From a virus, in the IMG/VR virus record IMGVR_UViG_3300025834_000005: a DNA stretch of 64,000 nt, one strand, 5' to 3'. Below the pieces are notes generated by a model that saw only the letters and a program-made list of their open reading frames with translations, was not told where the DNA came from and ran no database searches. Numbering within the stretch: the first letter of the stretch is position 1; each line of letters opens with the position of its first letter. This document shows positions 1-9,365 of this stretch, one piece after another. The position numbers and the translations under genes are program-made.

Positions 1-259
1 ATGGAAATGGGATTCGCACCAATTCTCCGTCAGGAATATCCCATTCACTTATATATATAGGATTTCCGTATAAGATCAGAAAATCGTAAAATGGATTACC
101 ATAATATTTTTGAGCCAACTTATCATACCTATGTAGAGAAACATTCCAATATTCATATTTATCAGTCGTATTATTAGGTAATGTCACGAATGGTAACATT
201 TCTGTTACACCATTCACAACATCTAAAAAAGCATATCTATCATAATCTTGTCTACTCAT
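1..259 (-). CDS. LysM-like tail/baseplate protein (P2 gpX-like); 5' part only, gene runs off the window
   Basis: My own reverse-complement translation from the ATG at 257-259 is open to position 1: MSRQDYDRYAFLDV...HRYDKLAQKYYGNPFYDFLILYGNPIYISEWDIPDGELVRIPFP. ATGA start/stop overlap with the 999-aa gene. The D.LA.KYYG...NP...P.G.lvRiP pattern is LysM/gpX-like. Confidence 0.45.
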   Translation of the reverse strand, partial: MSRQDYDRYAFLDVVNGVTEMLPFVTLPNNTTDKYEYWNVSLHRYDKLAQKYYGNPFYDFLILYGNPIYISEWDIPDGELVRIPFP

Positions 260-3255
260 TTTTTTAATTTATTATCGAGAGGCGTATTTATTTTTGATGA
301 CGCAACTAACTGACCATTCTTACTCACCATAGGTTTTATACTATATTGATCATGTTCAACTTGCGACGGTTTTATGTAAATATCCTTATTAGTAAAGGTT
401 GAATTAGCATAATAGTTCATCGACAATGCATTCTGTAGAATGTCAATAGGGCCTTTGAGTGACTGACCACCAATAATCTTTATCTGTAAAGTTACATTAC
501 ACATAAGATACTGCATACCAAACCCTTCAGGATTCATATCCCAAGGCATTTCATTATAATCAATAGTTAAAGTTTCTGGAACTATCTTACTATGAATAAA
601 ATCACCAAGTCTTAGAATCAATATAGGTTGCTTACCAAATATTGAATTCTTTATATCATTACCAGTTGTTGTTTTCTGTGGCATACCCTGTCTCATACAT
701 TGCTGTAAAAACGTTAAGCGTCTATGAAAATCTTCTGGAGTTTGTGAGTGAAAACATGGTTTAAATGCATTCTCGCTTATAGACTTTGTACCGCTAATTA
801 TCTTTCCATCTGTACTATTTGGAGCCACAACTTTACTATCCGAATATAAATTATTATACCTATCAATATTACCGCCCTTATCCCCAAGTAATTTAACATA
901 GTAATCCCTTTCGGTAGTTAATACCTTTAGTCTGGCTTCTTCCTCTGGATTCAGTAATTTTTGTGGTCTTGTCGTTATTAAGCCCTTATTTTTAACAATT
1001 GTGATCTTAACACTTCTTTCAGATTTAGCACTTAAACTATTAATGGTTTCTTTTGACACGTTGTTCATGCTTGCAATACCTTTTGGTTTTAAAATAAAAT
1101 CAACAACCACATCAGAACCAAGCAATGCTTTAAGTCTCGCATTAATAAATGTCTTAGCGGCTTCAGTTCTTCTAACGCTTAAATTATAATTATATTCTTT
1201 ACTGTTTTTACCCAGATATAATGCTGTTGAGCTACCTTCGATCTGTATACTATAATATTGTCTGAATACAGGATTTGTAAACGTTTTAATTAAAAAGTCA
1301 TTAAACGGACAACTACCATTAAAGCTATATTGCGGAACATCTATATTTAAATTTGCTTGAGTACCTGAAGTATAATCAATATAAATATTTGAAGTATCAT
1401 AGATATTACTGTTTAAGCCGTTACTATTATCAAGATCATCAATCGTATATAAACCAGATTTAACCTCATAATTTTTCTTATACATCGTATCGAATACTGT
1501 ATCAATATCGCTGGTATTCGGTGAATCATTCATAAATGAAATTAAAAATTCTCCCGACGCATTTAATGTTGGAGCATATTCAGCTGGTTTCTTAAATTTA
1601 TCAATCTCGATCTGTAACTTATTTATCTTTGCCTGATAATCATCCTGTAGAGACACGTTATTATCAAGACTATTATAGCCGAAAGAAAAGAATTCAGATA
1701 TAGCACGATGTTTATCCTTGCCTCTATAACGATTATCGTTTAATTGAGGTGGATAATCGACAAGCAATGTAAAAGTTAATGTACCGCTTCGTTCTGAACC
1801 AGTATATGAATATATAGGCTCATTTCTACCCAGAATTGTGGTTGAATTAAACTTAGATGATGTGGTTTCCATAAATTGGATGTTGTATGGCGGAAACCAC
1901 ATAAGTCTGCCATGATGTGGTTCAGATAATCCGACCTCAGATAATGGAACTTTTGACCCATCATCACAAAGTCCGCTATCTAAAACATTATATGCGAGAT
2001 TCTCTATTGAGAACATTAAATTTCTGTTATTGGTCTTACCATTATCGTCAATAATAGGATGGAATTTAGGTACAACTGTCTTATATATGGTTGAGTTAGG
2101 ATTACCGCCATATATATTATTACCATTATATCTAATAGCTTTAGCAAATCTATTATATTGATTAAGCATGGTATGTTGTCTCATACCTATTGTTGAACCT
2201 ACCAATGAATCGGATGGAGATTCCCATACACCTGAACCGTTATAATGCATGCCATCGCTATTTTTAAATTTAGCATTGGTAATATCAATAACTTGACCTT
2301 CCTTTTTTACTAAATTTATATCGTTCATTAATTCACGAGTATAATCTAACAATCCTGTTTGAACCCCAAATGTTTTAGTATTACTTGATTTATTATCAAT
2401 ATCAATGTTTGAACCCCAAATAAGTGTTGTATCGTTATTGAAGCCATTATCGTCATTTATATTTGAATTGATATCAGTACTATCATTATTATAATGAACT
2501 GATGTATTTCCGAAATTAGTTGGAGATTTGAAATGATTACTTTCTCTATATCCATATTCAACATGATCAGAACTGCTACCTATAGTTATTAAAGGATTCC
2601 AACTATTCGTAGGAGTTATTGGGTTATCCTTATCTTCATATTTAATGAAAAAATCAGCTTTATATAGATTTTTATTCATTGATCTATAAAGCATATTTAA
2701 TTGACCAGAACCAGTATTGGTCATTACAGCATCTAATGAATCATTCAACGATTTCTCTGTTGTGTGTTCAAGATTATGAAACGGACTATTAGTATATGGA
2801 TAAGCACCTGTTATATTATTAACAAAATCTAAAAAATTAGATGATCCTTCTTTTTTTGTGATACTGTAATTAAATTTCTTGGTAAATAATTTTGTGTTTT
2901 TATCACCATCAAATAAATTCATTATGCTTATTTTTGGAATAACCTTTAAAGCTTCTAACGAAGCATTGGCTATAAAATTATAAGATAATTGCTTCCCAAG
3001 CATCGCTAATCCTATTTCAGTTATTGGTGTTTTATTAGACACTAACCTGCCAATAACCGAATTGGATAAATCAAAGGTTGAATAAGGCATTAAAGTGCTA
3101 ACAACACTATCAACTGAATTGATAATCTTTGTTAATTTAGTATCATTATCTAAAGGGTATGGTTGATCAGGAGAATATAGGCTTCTCGTTAATAACTTTT
3201 GTCTCAATTCCTCTGTTGAAGTCAATAATCTTGATTTTATCAAATCATTTTCCAT
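256..3255 (-). CDS. Large baseplate/tail structural protein (999 aa)
   Basis: Long ORF with the late-type motif 14 nt upstream, coupled to the downstream LysM-like gene. The internal segment GRLMWFPPYNIQFMETTSSKFNSTTILGRNEPIYSYTGSERSGTLTFTL resembles tail-tube/tube-initiator signatures. Function is assigned mainly by context. Confidence 0.6.
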   Translation of the reverse strand: MENDLIKSRLLTSTEELRQKLLTRSLYSPDQPYPLDNDTKLTKIINSVDSVVSTLMPYSTFDLSNSVIGRLVSNKTPITEIGLAMLGKQLSYNFIANASLEALKVIPKISIMNLFDGDKNTKLFTKKFNYSITKKEGSSNFLDFVNNITGAYPYTNSPFHNLEHTTEKSLNDSLDAVMTNTGSGQLNMLYRSMNKNLYKADFFIKYEDKDNPITPTNSWNPLITIGSSSDHVEYGYRESNHFKSPTNFGNTSVHYNNDSTDINSNINDDNGFNNDTTLIWGSNIDIDNKSSNTKTFGVQTGLLDYTRELMNDINLVKKEGQVIDITNAKFKNSDGMHYNGSGVWESPSDSLVGSTIGMRQHTMLNQYNRFAKAIRYNGNNIYGGNPNSTIYKTVVPKFHPIIDDNGKTNNRNLMFSIENLAYNVLDSGLCDDGSKVPLSEVGLSEPHHGRLMWFPPYNIQFMETTSSKFNSTTILGRNEPIYSYTGSERSGTLTFTLLVDYPPQLNDNRYRGKDKHRAISEFFSFGYNSLDNNVSLQDDYQAKINKLQIEIDKFKKPAEYAPTLNASGEFLISFMNDSPNTSDIDTVFDTMYKKNYEVKSGLYTIDDLDNSNGLNSNIYDTSNIYIDYTSGTQANLNIDVPQYSFNGSCPFNDFLIKTFTNPVFRQYYSIQIEGSSTALYLGKNSKEYNYNLSVRRTEAAKTFINARLKALLGSDVVVDFILKPKGIASMNNVSKETINSLSAKSERSVKITIVKNKGLITTRPQKLLNPEEEARLKVLTTERDYYVKLLGDKGGNIDRYNNLYSDSKVVAPNSTDGKIISGTKSISENAFKPCFHSQTPEDFHRRLTFLQQCMRQGMPQKTTTGNDIKNSIFGKQPILILRLGDFIHSKIVPETLTIDYNEMPWDMNPEGFGMQYLMCNVTLQIKIIGGQSLKGPIDILQNALSMNYYANSTFTNKDIYIKPSQVEHDQYSIKPMVSKNGQLVASSKINTPLDNKLKK

Positions 3256-3269
3256 TAATTACATATTTC

Positions 3270-3279
3270 ATATAAATAC
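3270..3279 (-). promoter_or_regulatory. Late-promoter-like motif GTATTTATAT
   Basis: Coding strand reads AAGTATTTATATGA, 14 nt before the ATG of the 999-aa gene. Confidence 0.5.
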
Positions 3280-3576
3280 TTATTGGAAAAATAATTGAGA
3301 ACCAAACTCTGATATTTGATTTGAAGAATCAAATAAACATAAAACCCCTAACATTTAAATGTTTTTTCTTTATTCGAAGATTAAAGGAAACAAAATTTGG
3401 AAGTTTGTTTTACGGTTGCAAATCTAAAAAGAGGATTTTTTTATTCTTTTGTCTTTAAAAACATATATAAAAGAAGACTCGGCAAAGTTACAAAGAATTT
3501 TTGACATTATTACTATGTTTTTTCTAAAATTTAGATAATTATTTTTCATCAACATAAATTAATCTCTTTAAATCTC

Positions 3577-3607
3577 TTGCGAAGATACAAATAATAATCT
3601 ATATTTG
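3577..3607 (+). promoter_or_regulatory. Bacteroidetes sigma-A-type promoter (-33 TTG / -7 TAnnTTTG) for the Bro-N gene
   Basis: cTTGc (3577-3579), 20 nt spacer, TATATTTG (3600-3607), ATG at 3640. Confidence 0.55.
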
Positions 3608-3639
3608 CAACTAATTTTAAAAATAAAACTGTAAATAAT

Positions 3640-4437
3640 ATGAGTGAAAGTGCGTTAATACCAAAAATTATAAATAATAGTGAGTTCGGAATAGACTTTC
3701 GTTATTGGGATAGTAAAAAATTAGGTCAAAGAGTATACTTAGGCACTGAAATAGTTAATTATCTGGGTTATAATAGCGGAACAAAAAATCTCCATAGATA
3801 TGAACTTGAGGAAGGCATTGATATGATTAAGTTAGTAAAAAAGGGTAATGAGGATTTCTTTAAACAACTACACGTATCAAATACGCTTGGTCAAAGAGCA
3901 GGCTCGGTGATACTTATAACTGAGAGTGGTATATTCAAGTTGTTATTAAAATCAAAAAAAGCGTTTGCTAAGAACATGCGTGACTGGATTTGCCGAACTG
4001 TTTTACCTTCAATTAAGGACACTGGTAAATATATTGTAGGCGAGGAAATGATCGCTCCGAATCAATTAACTGAATTAGGGCAATATACCTTCGGCGTAAA
4101 ACAAAAAGAGATTAGTAAAGTAACTAATTATAAAATTAGTATTGGTACTGGCGATTACGCTTCCGAGAATAATAATATACATCTTATAGTTCATGGAAGA
4201 ACTGCTGGACAGTTACGTTCTAAATATCATGAAAATGGTTCTGCTAAGGATATATTAAGAAAACATGAGCCAGCAATTGCATGTACATTGGCATTATTTG
4301 AAAATTTATCTAATAATGATATTGATCGAGATAAAATTATTGATAGCGGAGTTATTAAAATGAGTAAGGAAATATATAATGGTTTTGAAAAATTAGGAAT
4401 ACCTTTATATATTCCAGTCCCAAAAGCATTGAAATAA
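3640..4437 (+). CDS. Bro-N domain protein (BRO/antirepressor family), moron-like insertion
   Basis: N-terminal F..DFRYW....GQRVYLGTEIVNYLGY....LITESGIFKLLLKSKKAFAKNMRDWICRTVLPSIKDTGKY matches the Bro-N pattern. Lone plus-strand gene inside minus-strand tail genes, with its own promoter and terminator. Confidence 0.75.
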   Translation: MSESALIPKIINNSEFGIDFRYWDSKKLGQRVYLGTEIVNYLGYNSGTKNLHRYELEEGIDMIKLVKKGNEDFFKQLHVSNTLGQRAGSVILITESGIFKLLLKSKKAFAKNMRDWICRTVLPSIKDTGKYIVGEEMIAPNQLTELGQYTFGVKQKEISKVTNYKISIGTGDYASENNNIHLIVHGRTAGQLRSKYHENGSAKDILRKHEPAIACTLALFENLSNNDIDRDKIIDSGVIKMSKEIYNGFEKLGIPLYIPVPKALK

Positions 4438-4440
4438 TGA

Positions 4441-4470
4441 AAAAGCCAGTAAAACTAATTACTGGCTTTT
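4441..4470. terminator. Bidirectional intrinsic terminator
   Basis: aaaagccagt-N10-actggctttt between convergent 3640..4437 (+) and 4477..4944 (-). Confidence 0.75.
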
Positions 4471-4476
4471 TCATTA

Positions 4477-4944
4477 TTAGATGGAGTTTATAGATATGTT
4501 TATAGTAGTACCTGAATCAGTTACAGGTATTGATAAATAATTAGTCATACCATATGATGTGACATTAGTGGTGCTATATAGTGCACCATTAATATCTAAG
4601 TCTAATTTTAATGATACGCCTGATGGTAGAGTACCTCCAACGCTATCTAAAATAATACTTAATGTACCTGATGGCGTGCCAGAAGTAATTCCAATAGCAT
4701 TAAAAGCAACTGGATAACTAAATGTTGGTAATCCAGAAACTCCGCTCATAGACGCAAATCTCATACCATATGATGGTAATAGTTCAAAATTACCTAAAGG
4801 TAATGAACATGCTGATTCATCGTATACTGGTGCAACATAGTCAGGATCATCAACAGAATTTAATTTTGTGATTCCTGTTGATGTATTATCATCAGTATAA
4901 TATTCCTCTAACGTACTCCAAGCTTTATATCCTGTGTTTGGCAT
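4477..4944 (-). CDS. Hypothetical protein, last gene of the tail-fibre operon (155 aa)
   Basis: ORF tightly packed after the 553-aa gene and followed by a bidirectional terminator. No recognisable motif. Confidence 0.55.
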   Translation of the reverse strand: MPNTGYKAWSTLEEYYTDDNTSTGITKLNSVDDPDYVAPVYDESACSLPLGNFELLPSYGMRFASMSGVSGLPTFSYPVAFNAIGITSGTPSGTLSIILDSVGGTLPSGVSLKLDLDINGALYSTTNVTSYGMTNYLSIPVTDSGTTINISINSI

Positions 4945-4962
4945 AATTTAAATTTTTATTTA

Positions 4963-6624
4963 TTAAGGTATTGGACAACTCATTGTAAATGACCAAACCG
5001 TACCGCCGATAGGAGCATATACTTTTACAGTTGCTGTTGTTGTAGCCGTTGACTTAACGAATGTAGCACTCCCAAGCCCAACGCCTTGTATTATTTCATT
5101 TGGTAAACCTTTTAATGCTAAAGCATCTGTTAATGATTGTTGATTACCTGAATGTCCTCTATATCCAGTGTCTATAACAGGCACTCCATCAAATTCAACA
5201 ATAAATTTATCAGGCACATTTTTAGCATCATATGATAAAGTAACCGTTCCTGTTCCGCTACCCAAATTAATTGTTTTTAAAGATGGGAATGCCGCACCAC
5301 CATTATAATTCGTAGGTGTTCCGCATGGTATTATATTAGGTGCTACAGTTGTTGTGGTTGTTGTTCCAACTGGACAACCTGTTTGCGATGTAGTTGTAAC
5401 AGCAATGTTATTACCAAATGAGGGTTCTTGTGTTACCATAGTCCCAACAGTATAATAAACATCTGTCGCTCCCATAACTCTCTCATTATTAGTGAGAGCT
5501 TGTGTTAAGTAAGGCCCTGTAAAATATGTTTGACCATCCGAAACACATTTAGATAATCCATACCAGTATTGTGTTTGAACAGATTGAACACAGTACTGAT
5601 TAATAGGTCTCCACGCTGTTGTTCTTGTTGACGGCGGTAACTCTCCACAAGCTAAATGTGTAAACTTATAACATGTAGGAGTACCTAACGGATTTCCTAA
5701 AATATATCCTATATCACATGTATATCCTTGATTCATATTTCCTATTAAAACTGGTTGACCCACCTCATCTTTACTACTAAAAATAAGGTTTGATCCCATA
5801 TCAGCATAGCTTGTACAGTTCATAAGATCGGTCTCTGACATGTCGTAAATATCCATACCAACAGCAGCGGCATTTACTGTATTATGACCAATTAATTCTA
5901 TTATATGACTACCAGCTGATAATAAAACTGGATATATATACCATAATCTGAAAGTGCTTTCACTTGCGTTAGGTATTGACCATCCATTAGTTGTAAACAT
6001 AGAATATAATGACGCTGTATCTTGCATTAATATAGATACACCGTCTAATTTAATCTCAGCAATATTATCACACCCAAGTCCAATATAATATTGTTTTTCA
6101 ACAACTGTTGTAAAATATATTGGAAATCCTATATACTGATTATCTAATGTTAATGATGACCAAACAGCATTAACATTCATTATACCATGAACAGTATCTC
6201 CGTTTCCACCACTTATTACAGGATTTACCCAAAACGATCCGCCATTATAATAGTTGAATACTGATCCTGAACCGTTATAATTCCATCCAGCACCGAAAAC
6301 AACTGTACCCGTAGTTCCATATCTTATATTAGAGTTATGAACCAGATTTCTTGGGTCTGTTGGACTTGTTGGCGTGAGATTTTCAGTCTTTTCACATCCA
6401 CCCACAACATAAGTATAGCCAGATGGACATGTTAAACATTGTTGAACATTAATTATTTTCGAACAGCCTAAATTATCTACAATTAGTAAATTTGTAGCAG
6501 CTGTTACACCTATAAATGAATATTGTCCATATGATGAACGAACCTGATCAGGTAAACCACTTCCTTCAAGTGATACCGTCATAGGTAGATTTCCAGTAAC
6601 CAGTTCGTATCTAATTATTCCCAT
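4963..6624 (-). CDS. Cys-rich putative receptor-binding / fibre-associated protein (553 aa)
   Basis: Long ORF in the fibre operon with many Cys, Gly/Thr-rich stretches and a TTTTTV linker. Function by context only. Confidence 0.55.
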   Translation of the reverse strand: MGIIRYELVTGNLPMTVSLEGSGLPDQVRSSYGQYSFIGVTAATNLLIVDNLGCSKIINVQQCLTCPSGYTYVVGGCEKTENLTPTSPTDPRNLVHNSNIRYGTTGTVVFGAGWNYNGSGSVFNYYNGGSFWVNPVISGGNGDTVHGIMNVNAVWSSLTLDNQYIGFPIYFTTVVEKQYYIGLGCDNIAEIKLDGVSILMQDTASLYSMFTTNGWSIPNASESTFRLWYIYPVLLSAGSHIIELIGHNTVNAAAVGMDIYDMSETDLMNCTSYADMGSNLIFSSKDEVGQPVLIGNMNQGYTCDIGYILGNPLGTPTCYKFTHLACGELPPSTRTTAWRPINQYCVQSVQTQYWYGLSKCVSDGQTYFTGPYLTQALTNNERVMGATDVYYTVGTMVTQEPSFGNNIAVTTTSQTGCPVGTTTTTTVAPNIIPCGTPTNYNGGAAFPSLKTINLGSGTGTVTLSYDAKNVPDKFIVEFDGVPVIDTGYRGHSGNQQSLTDALALKGLPNEIIQGVGLGSATFVKSTATTTATVKVYAPIGGTVWSFTMSCPIP

Positions 6625-6635
6625 TATGCTATATA

Positions 6636-6887
6636 TTAATATGTTATCTCTAATACGTCAACAGTAACGTTACATGTTACTGCTGTTGAAGATAGTGATC
6701 CTTTAGTTACCCATTGGCTTCCAGTATATCCAGCTAAAGGTAATGCATCCACCGAAATATAGTATATACAATTATCCTTTGTCATAAATTGACTTGATGT
6801 CGGTAACGATACTAATTGTGTGAATCCGCTACCCTGAGCATCAGTAAATGATACAAATTGATTACCTAATAAATCTCCCCAAGCCAT
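6636..6887 (-). CDS. Hypothetical protein (83 aa) in the fibre operon
   Basis: Small ORF 2 nt after the fibre gene stop, consistent with operon packing. Confidence 0.5.
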   Translation of the reverse strand: MAWGDLLGNQFVSFTDAQGSGFTQLVSLPTSSQFMTKDNCIYYISVDALPLAGYTGSQWVTKGSLSSTAVTCNVTVDVLEITY

Positions 6888-6889
6888 AT

Positions 6890-9361
6890 TTAATTATTTA
6901 TAATTTCTTCTAATGCTAATACTCTTTTTTTAAGAATATCTAATTCAGCTTTTTCTTCCTGATGTGCTTTAAAACTTATACCTATCATCGTATAATTATT
7001 TATAGCATTATATTCTTCTCCCATTAAGAAATATTCTCTAACATTTGCTGGGACTTCATCAATAATAAAACCTAAAGTTCTATCTGAATTTGGTCTTGAC
7101 TTATAATGAAAGTCTCTTAATTTAAAACCATCAATAACATCCATAGCTGAGCCGTTCCAATCCTCATTAATATTTTTCATTGATCTTAATGAATTAAAAC
7201 CACCACCAGCGAATGTACCAGAGCCTACAGTATATAAATTACCAGTATCTGATAACGTCATTCTTGATTGAACTGAGCCATTGGTAACTAATTTCCATTC
7301 AAATTTAGCTGCCTCAACACCTACTGTTGGATTTGTTAATACTGCGCCAAAATCACCAGCCATAAATGTTTCAGTTGGGTCTACACTGGCTGATGGAAAT
7401 CTCCATCCCATATTAACACCAAACCCAGCTTCAGGGGTAACCACATCACCATGTAGTAATAATCCTAATTTTGATTGATTAGGTACGCCATTCAATGCGG
7501 TTGCTTGTACTGCGATATTGTCTGACATACCTACAATTCCATAACTAAATGATCCATTTGCTGTGCCAATTATTGCTACACCGCCATTTGATGTAACATC
7601 AAAAGCATAACTTCTAAAGCCAGGACTATTAACTGTTACAGGCCCTGATACAGCACCTCCAATTAATGGCAGATATCGGCTTGCATGATCACCCCAACTG
7701 TATGCCGTTTGACCGTTAGCTATGTTTCCATGATTATATGTTGAATTATGTGTTGACATTATTCCAGCGGCTGTGCCAGCTGACTCACCATTCAATCCAG
7801 CTAATGTATAATTAGGAATATTGAATACACCTGTAGCTTGTGTATATGTTCCAGCACCTGAACTACCTGTTGTTGATAGGCTTATAGCTGCTCTTGTGTC
7901 AGAGTTTGTGTATTGTGTTATGGTACAGTTTATAACGCCAGTTGACGCAACATAATTAATACCAGTCCCAGATGACAAAGAATTTCTTACGTCTGTAGTT
8001 GTAAACTGTGTTATGGTGCAAGCTATAACACCTGTTGATGCAACATAATTAATACCAGCTCCTTGTGATAAAGAATTTCTTGCGTCAGCAGTTGTAAATT
8101 GTGTTATGGTACAGTTGATTACACCTGTTGATGCTACATAGTTAATTCCTGTTCCTGAACTTAATGTATTTCTTGCGTCAGAGTTTGTGTATTGTGTTAT
8201 TGTACAAGCTATAACGCCTGTTGATGATGAATAGCTAATACCAGTTCCTTGTGATAAAGCATTTCTTGCGTCAGTAGTTGTAAATTGTGTTATTGTGCAA
8301 TTGATTACTCCAGTTGACGATACATAATTAATTCCAGTTCCAGATGATAATGAGGCTCTTGCAGCTGTATCTGTATACTGCGTTATTGTACAATTGATTA
8401 CTCCAGTTGATGAAACATAATTAATTCCAGTTCCAGAGCTTAATGCATTTCTTGCTCTTGAGTCGAGATAATATTTATTTGTAGCACCTTCTGATATATT
8501 ATCTGATGTTAATGATACAGCACCCATAAATCCGTTTACTGATGATACAGCATCTGTATTATCTACCTTCTGCCAATTAGTACCATCATAAATTATCCAG
8601 TCGCCAACTTTCCATTCCGAAATACCATTAAATGTTGTTGTTCCTGAAACATTAACAACATAATAATGTCCCTTAGTTCCTACGCCGTTTGTAATTGTAG
8701 GACTATTAGTTGATGCATTCCATACAGTTTGAAATGTGACGCCGCCAAGTAACGCTGTTAATTGATTTTGTACTTTGCCGAATGCCACTAAAATTGAGTC
8801 TGTGGTTGAAATTGATCCGCCTCCAATTGTATTTAATCCTGTTAATAGCTTGCCTGTTACAGCTGATTCTAATAATGTAACATTAATAGATGTTGCACCA
8901 GTTCCAGAAGCTTCTCCAGAAAGTGTTATTGCTTGATTACCAGTTAAATATGTATTAGTGTCTACCGAACCATCGGCTTTTAAAAATTGCGTTGATACCC
9001 CACCAGTTTTAACGATTGATCCGCCTGTTATAGCACCTGTCGCATTAACTGACGCACCTCTTATAGCACCTGTAATCCACATTGTTGCTGATTGAGGTGT
9101 TGCACTTTGATTTTGAATATAATTAGCTGACCCAATTATAGGCGCATATAAACCAGCCATAGAAATCCATGCATTTCGTGCCAAGTTTAAAACATATATA
9201 CTTGAATCAACTTCTAAGCAAGACACTATTTGTCCAGCATATCTTAACGGATTTGTTAAATATGCATTTAATTCACTAACTGTATCAAATATATCGTCAG
9301 GATCAAGTGAATCTGAATATTGTCTTTTTATTTGTAAAGGTAAAATTGTAAATGCTGTCAT
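6890..9361 (-). CDS. Tail fibre with tandem 31-aa repeats and a C-terminal intramolecular-chaperone (peptidase S74-like) domain
   Basis: Six ARNALSSGTGINYVSSTGVINCTITQYT-type repeats. GDWIIYDGTNWQKVDN fibre motif. The C-terminus SLRSMKNI...LGFIIDEVPANV...AHQEEKAELDILKKRVLALEE resembles the autoproteolytic chaperone domain of endosialidase-type fibres. Confidence 0.8.
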   Translation of the reverse strand: MTAFTILPLQIKRQYSDSLDPDDIFDTVSELNAYLTNPLRYAGQIVSCLEVDSSIYVLNLARNAWISMAGLYAPIIGSANYIQNQSATPQSATMWITGAIRGASVNATGAITGGSIVKTGGVSTQFLKADGSVDTNTYLTGNQAITLSGEASGTGATSINVTLLESAVTGKLLTGLNTIGGGSISTTDSILVAFGKVQNQLTALLGGVTFQTVWNASTNSPTITNGVGTKGHYYVVNVSGTTTFNGISEWKVGDWIIYDGTNWQKVDNTDAVSSVNGFMGAVSLTSDNISEGATNKYYLDSRARNALSSGTGINYVSSTGVINCTITQYTDTAARASLSSGTGINYVSSTGVINCTITQFTTTDARNALSQGTGISYSSSTGVIACTITQYTNSDARNTLSSGTGINYVASTGVINCTITQFTTADARNSLSQGAGINYVASTGVIACTITQFTTTDVRNSLSSGTGINYVASTGVINCTITQYTNSDTRAAISLSTTGSSGAGTYTQATGVFNIPNYTLAGLNGESAGTAAGIMSTHNSTYNHGNIANGQTAYSWGDHASRYLPLIGGAVSGPVTVNSPGFRSYAFDVTSNGGVAIIGTANGSFSYGIVGMSDNIAVQATALNGVPNQSKLGLLLHGDVVTPEAGFGVNMGWRFPSASVDPTETFMAGDFGAVLTNPTVGVEAAKFEWKLVTNGSVQSRMTLSDTGNLYTVGSGTFAGGGFNSLRSMKNINEDWNGSAMDVIDGFKLRDFHYKSRPNSDRTLGFIIDEVPANVREYFLMGEEYNAINNYTMIGISFKAHQEEKAELDILKKRVLALEEIINN
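7892..8461 (-). repeat. Six in-frame tandem repeats of 93 nt (31 aa) inside the tail-fibre gene
   Basis: Residues about 301-490: ARNALSSGTGINYVSSTGVINCTITQYTDT and five variants, each with one conserved Cys. Confidence 0.85.
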
Positions 9362-9365
9362 ATTT

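Noticed and set aside
3501-3530. A textbook sigma-70 promoter, TTGACA-N18-TAAAAT, about 110 nt upstream of the Bro-N gene. A weaker TTCAAG-N18-(TGTG)TATAAT lies near 14384..14419, upstream of phoH.
   Set aside because: Chance -10-like hexamers are expected in AT-rich intergenic DNA. All other signals (TAnnTTTG boxes, no Shine-Dalgarno) argue for a host that does not use -35/-10 promoters. This could matter if the host inference is wrong.
7892-8461. Regular 93-nt repeats, and the 180-nt repeats at 60309..60806, considered as a possible CRISPR array or DGR template/variable pair.
   Set aside because: The repeats are contiguous with no spacers, in frame, and encode conserved peptide units inside long ORFs. 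No cas genes or reverse transcriptase occur in the window, and I saw no adenine-specific mismatch pattern.
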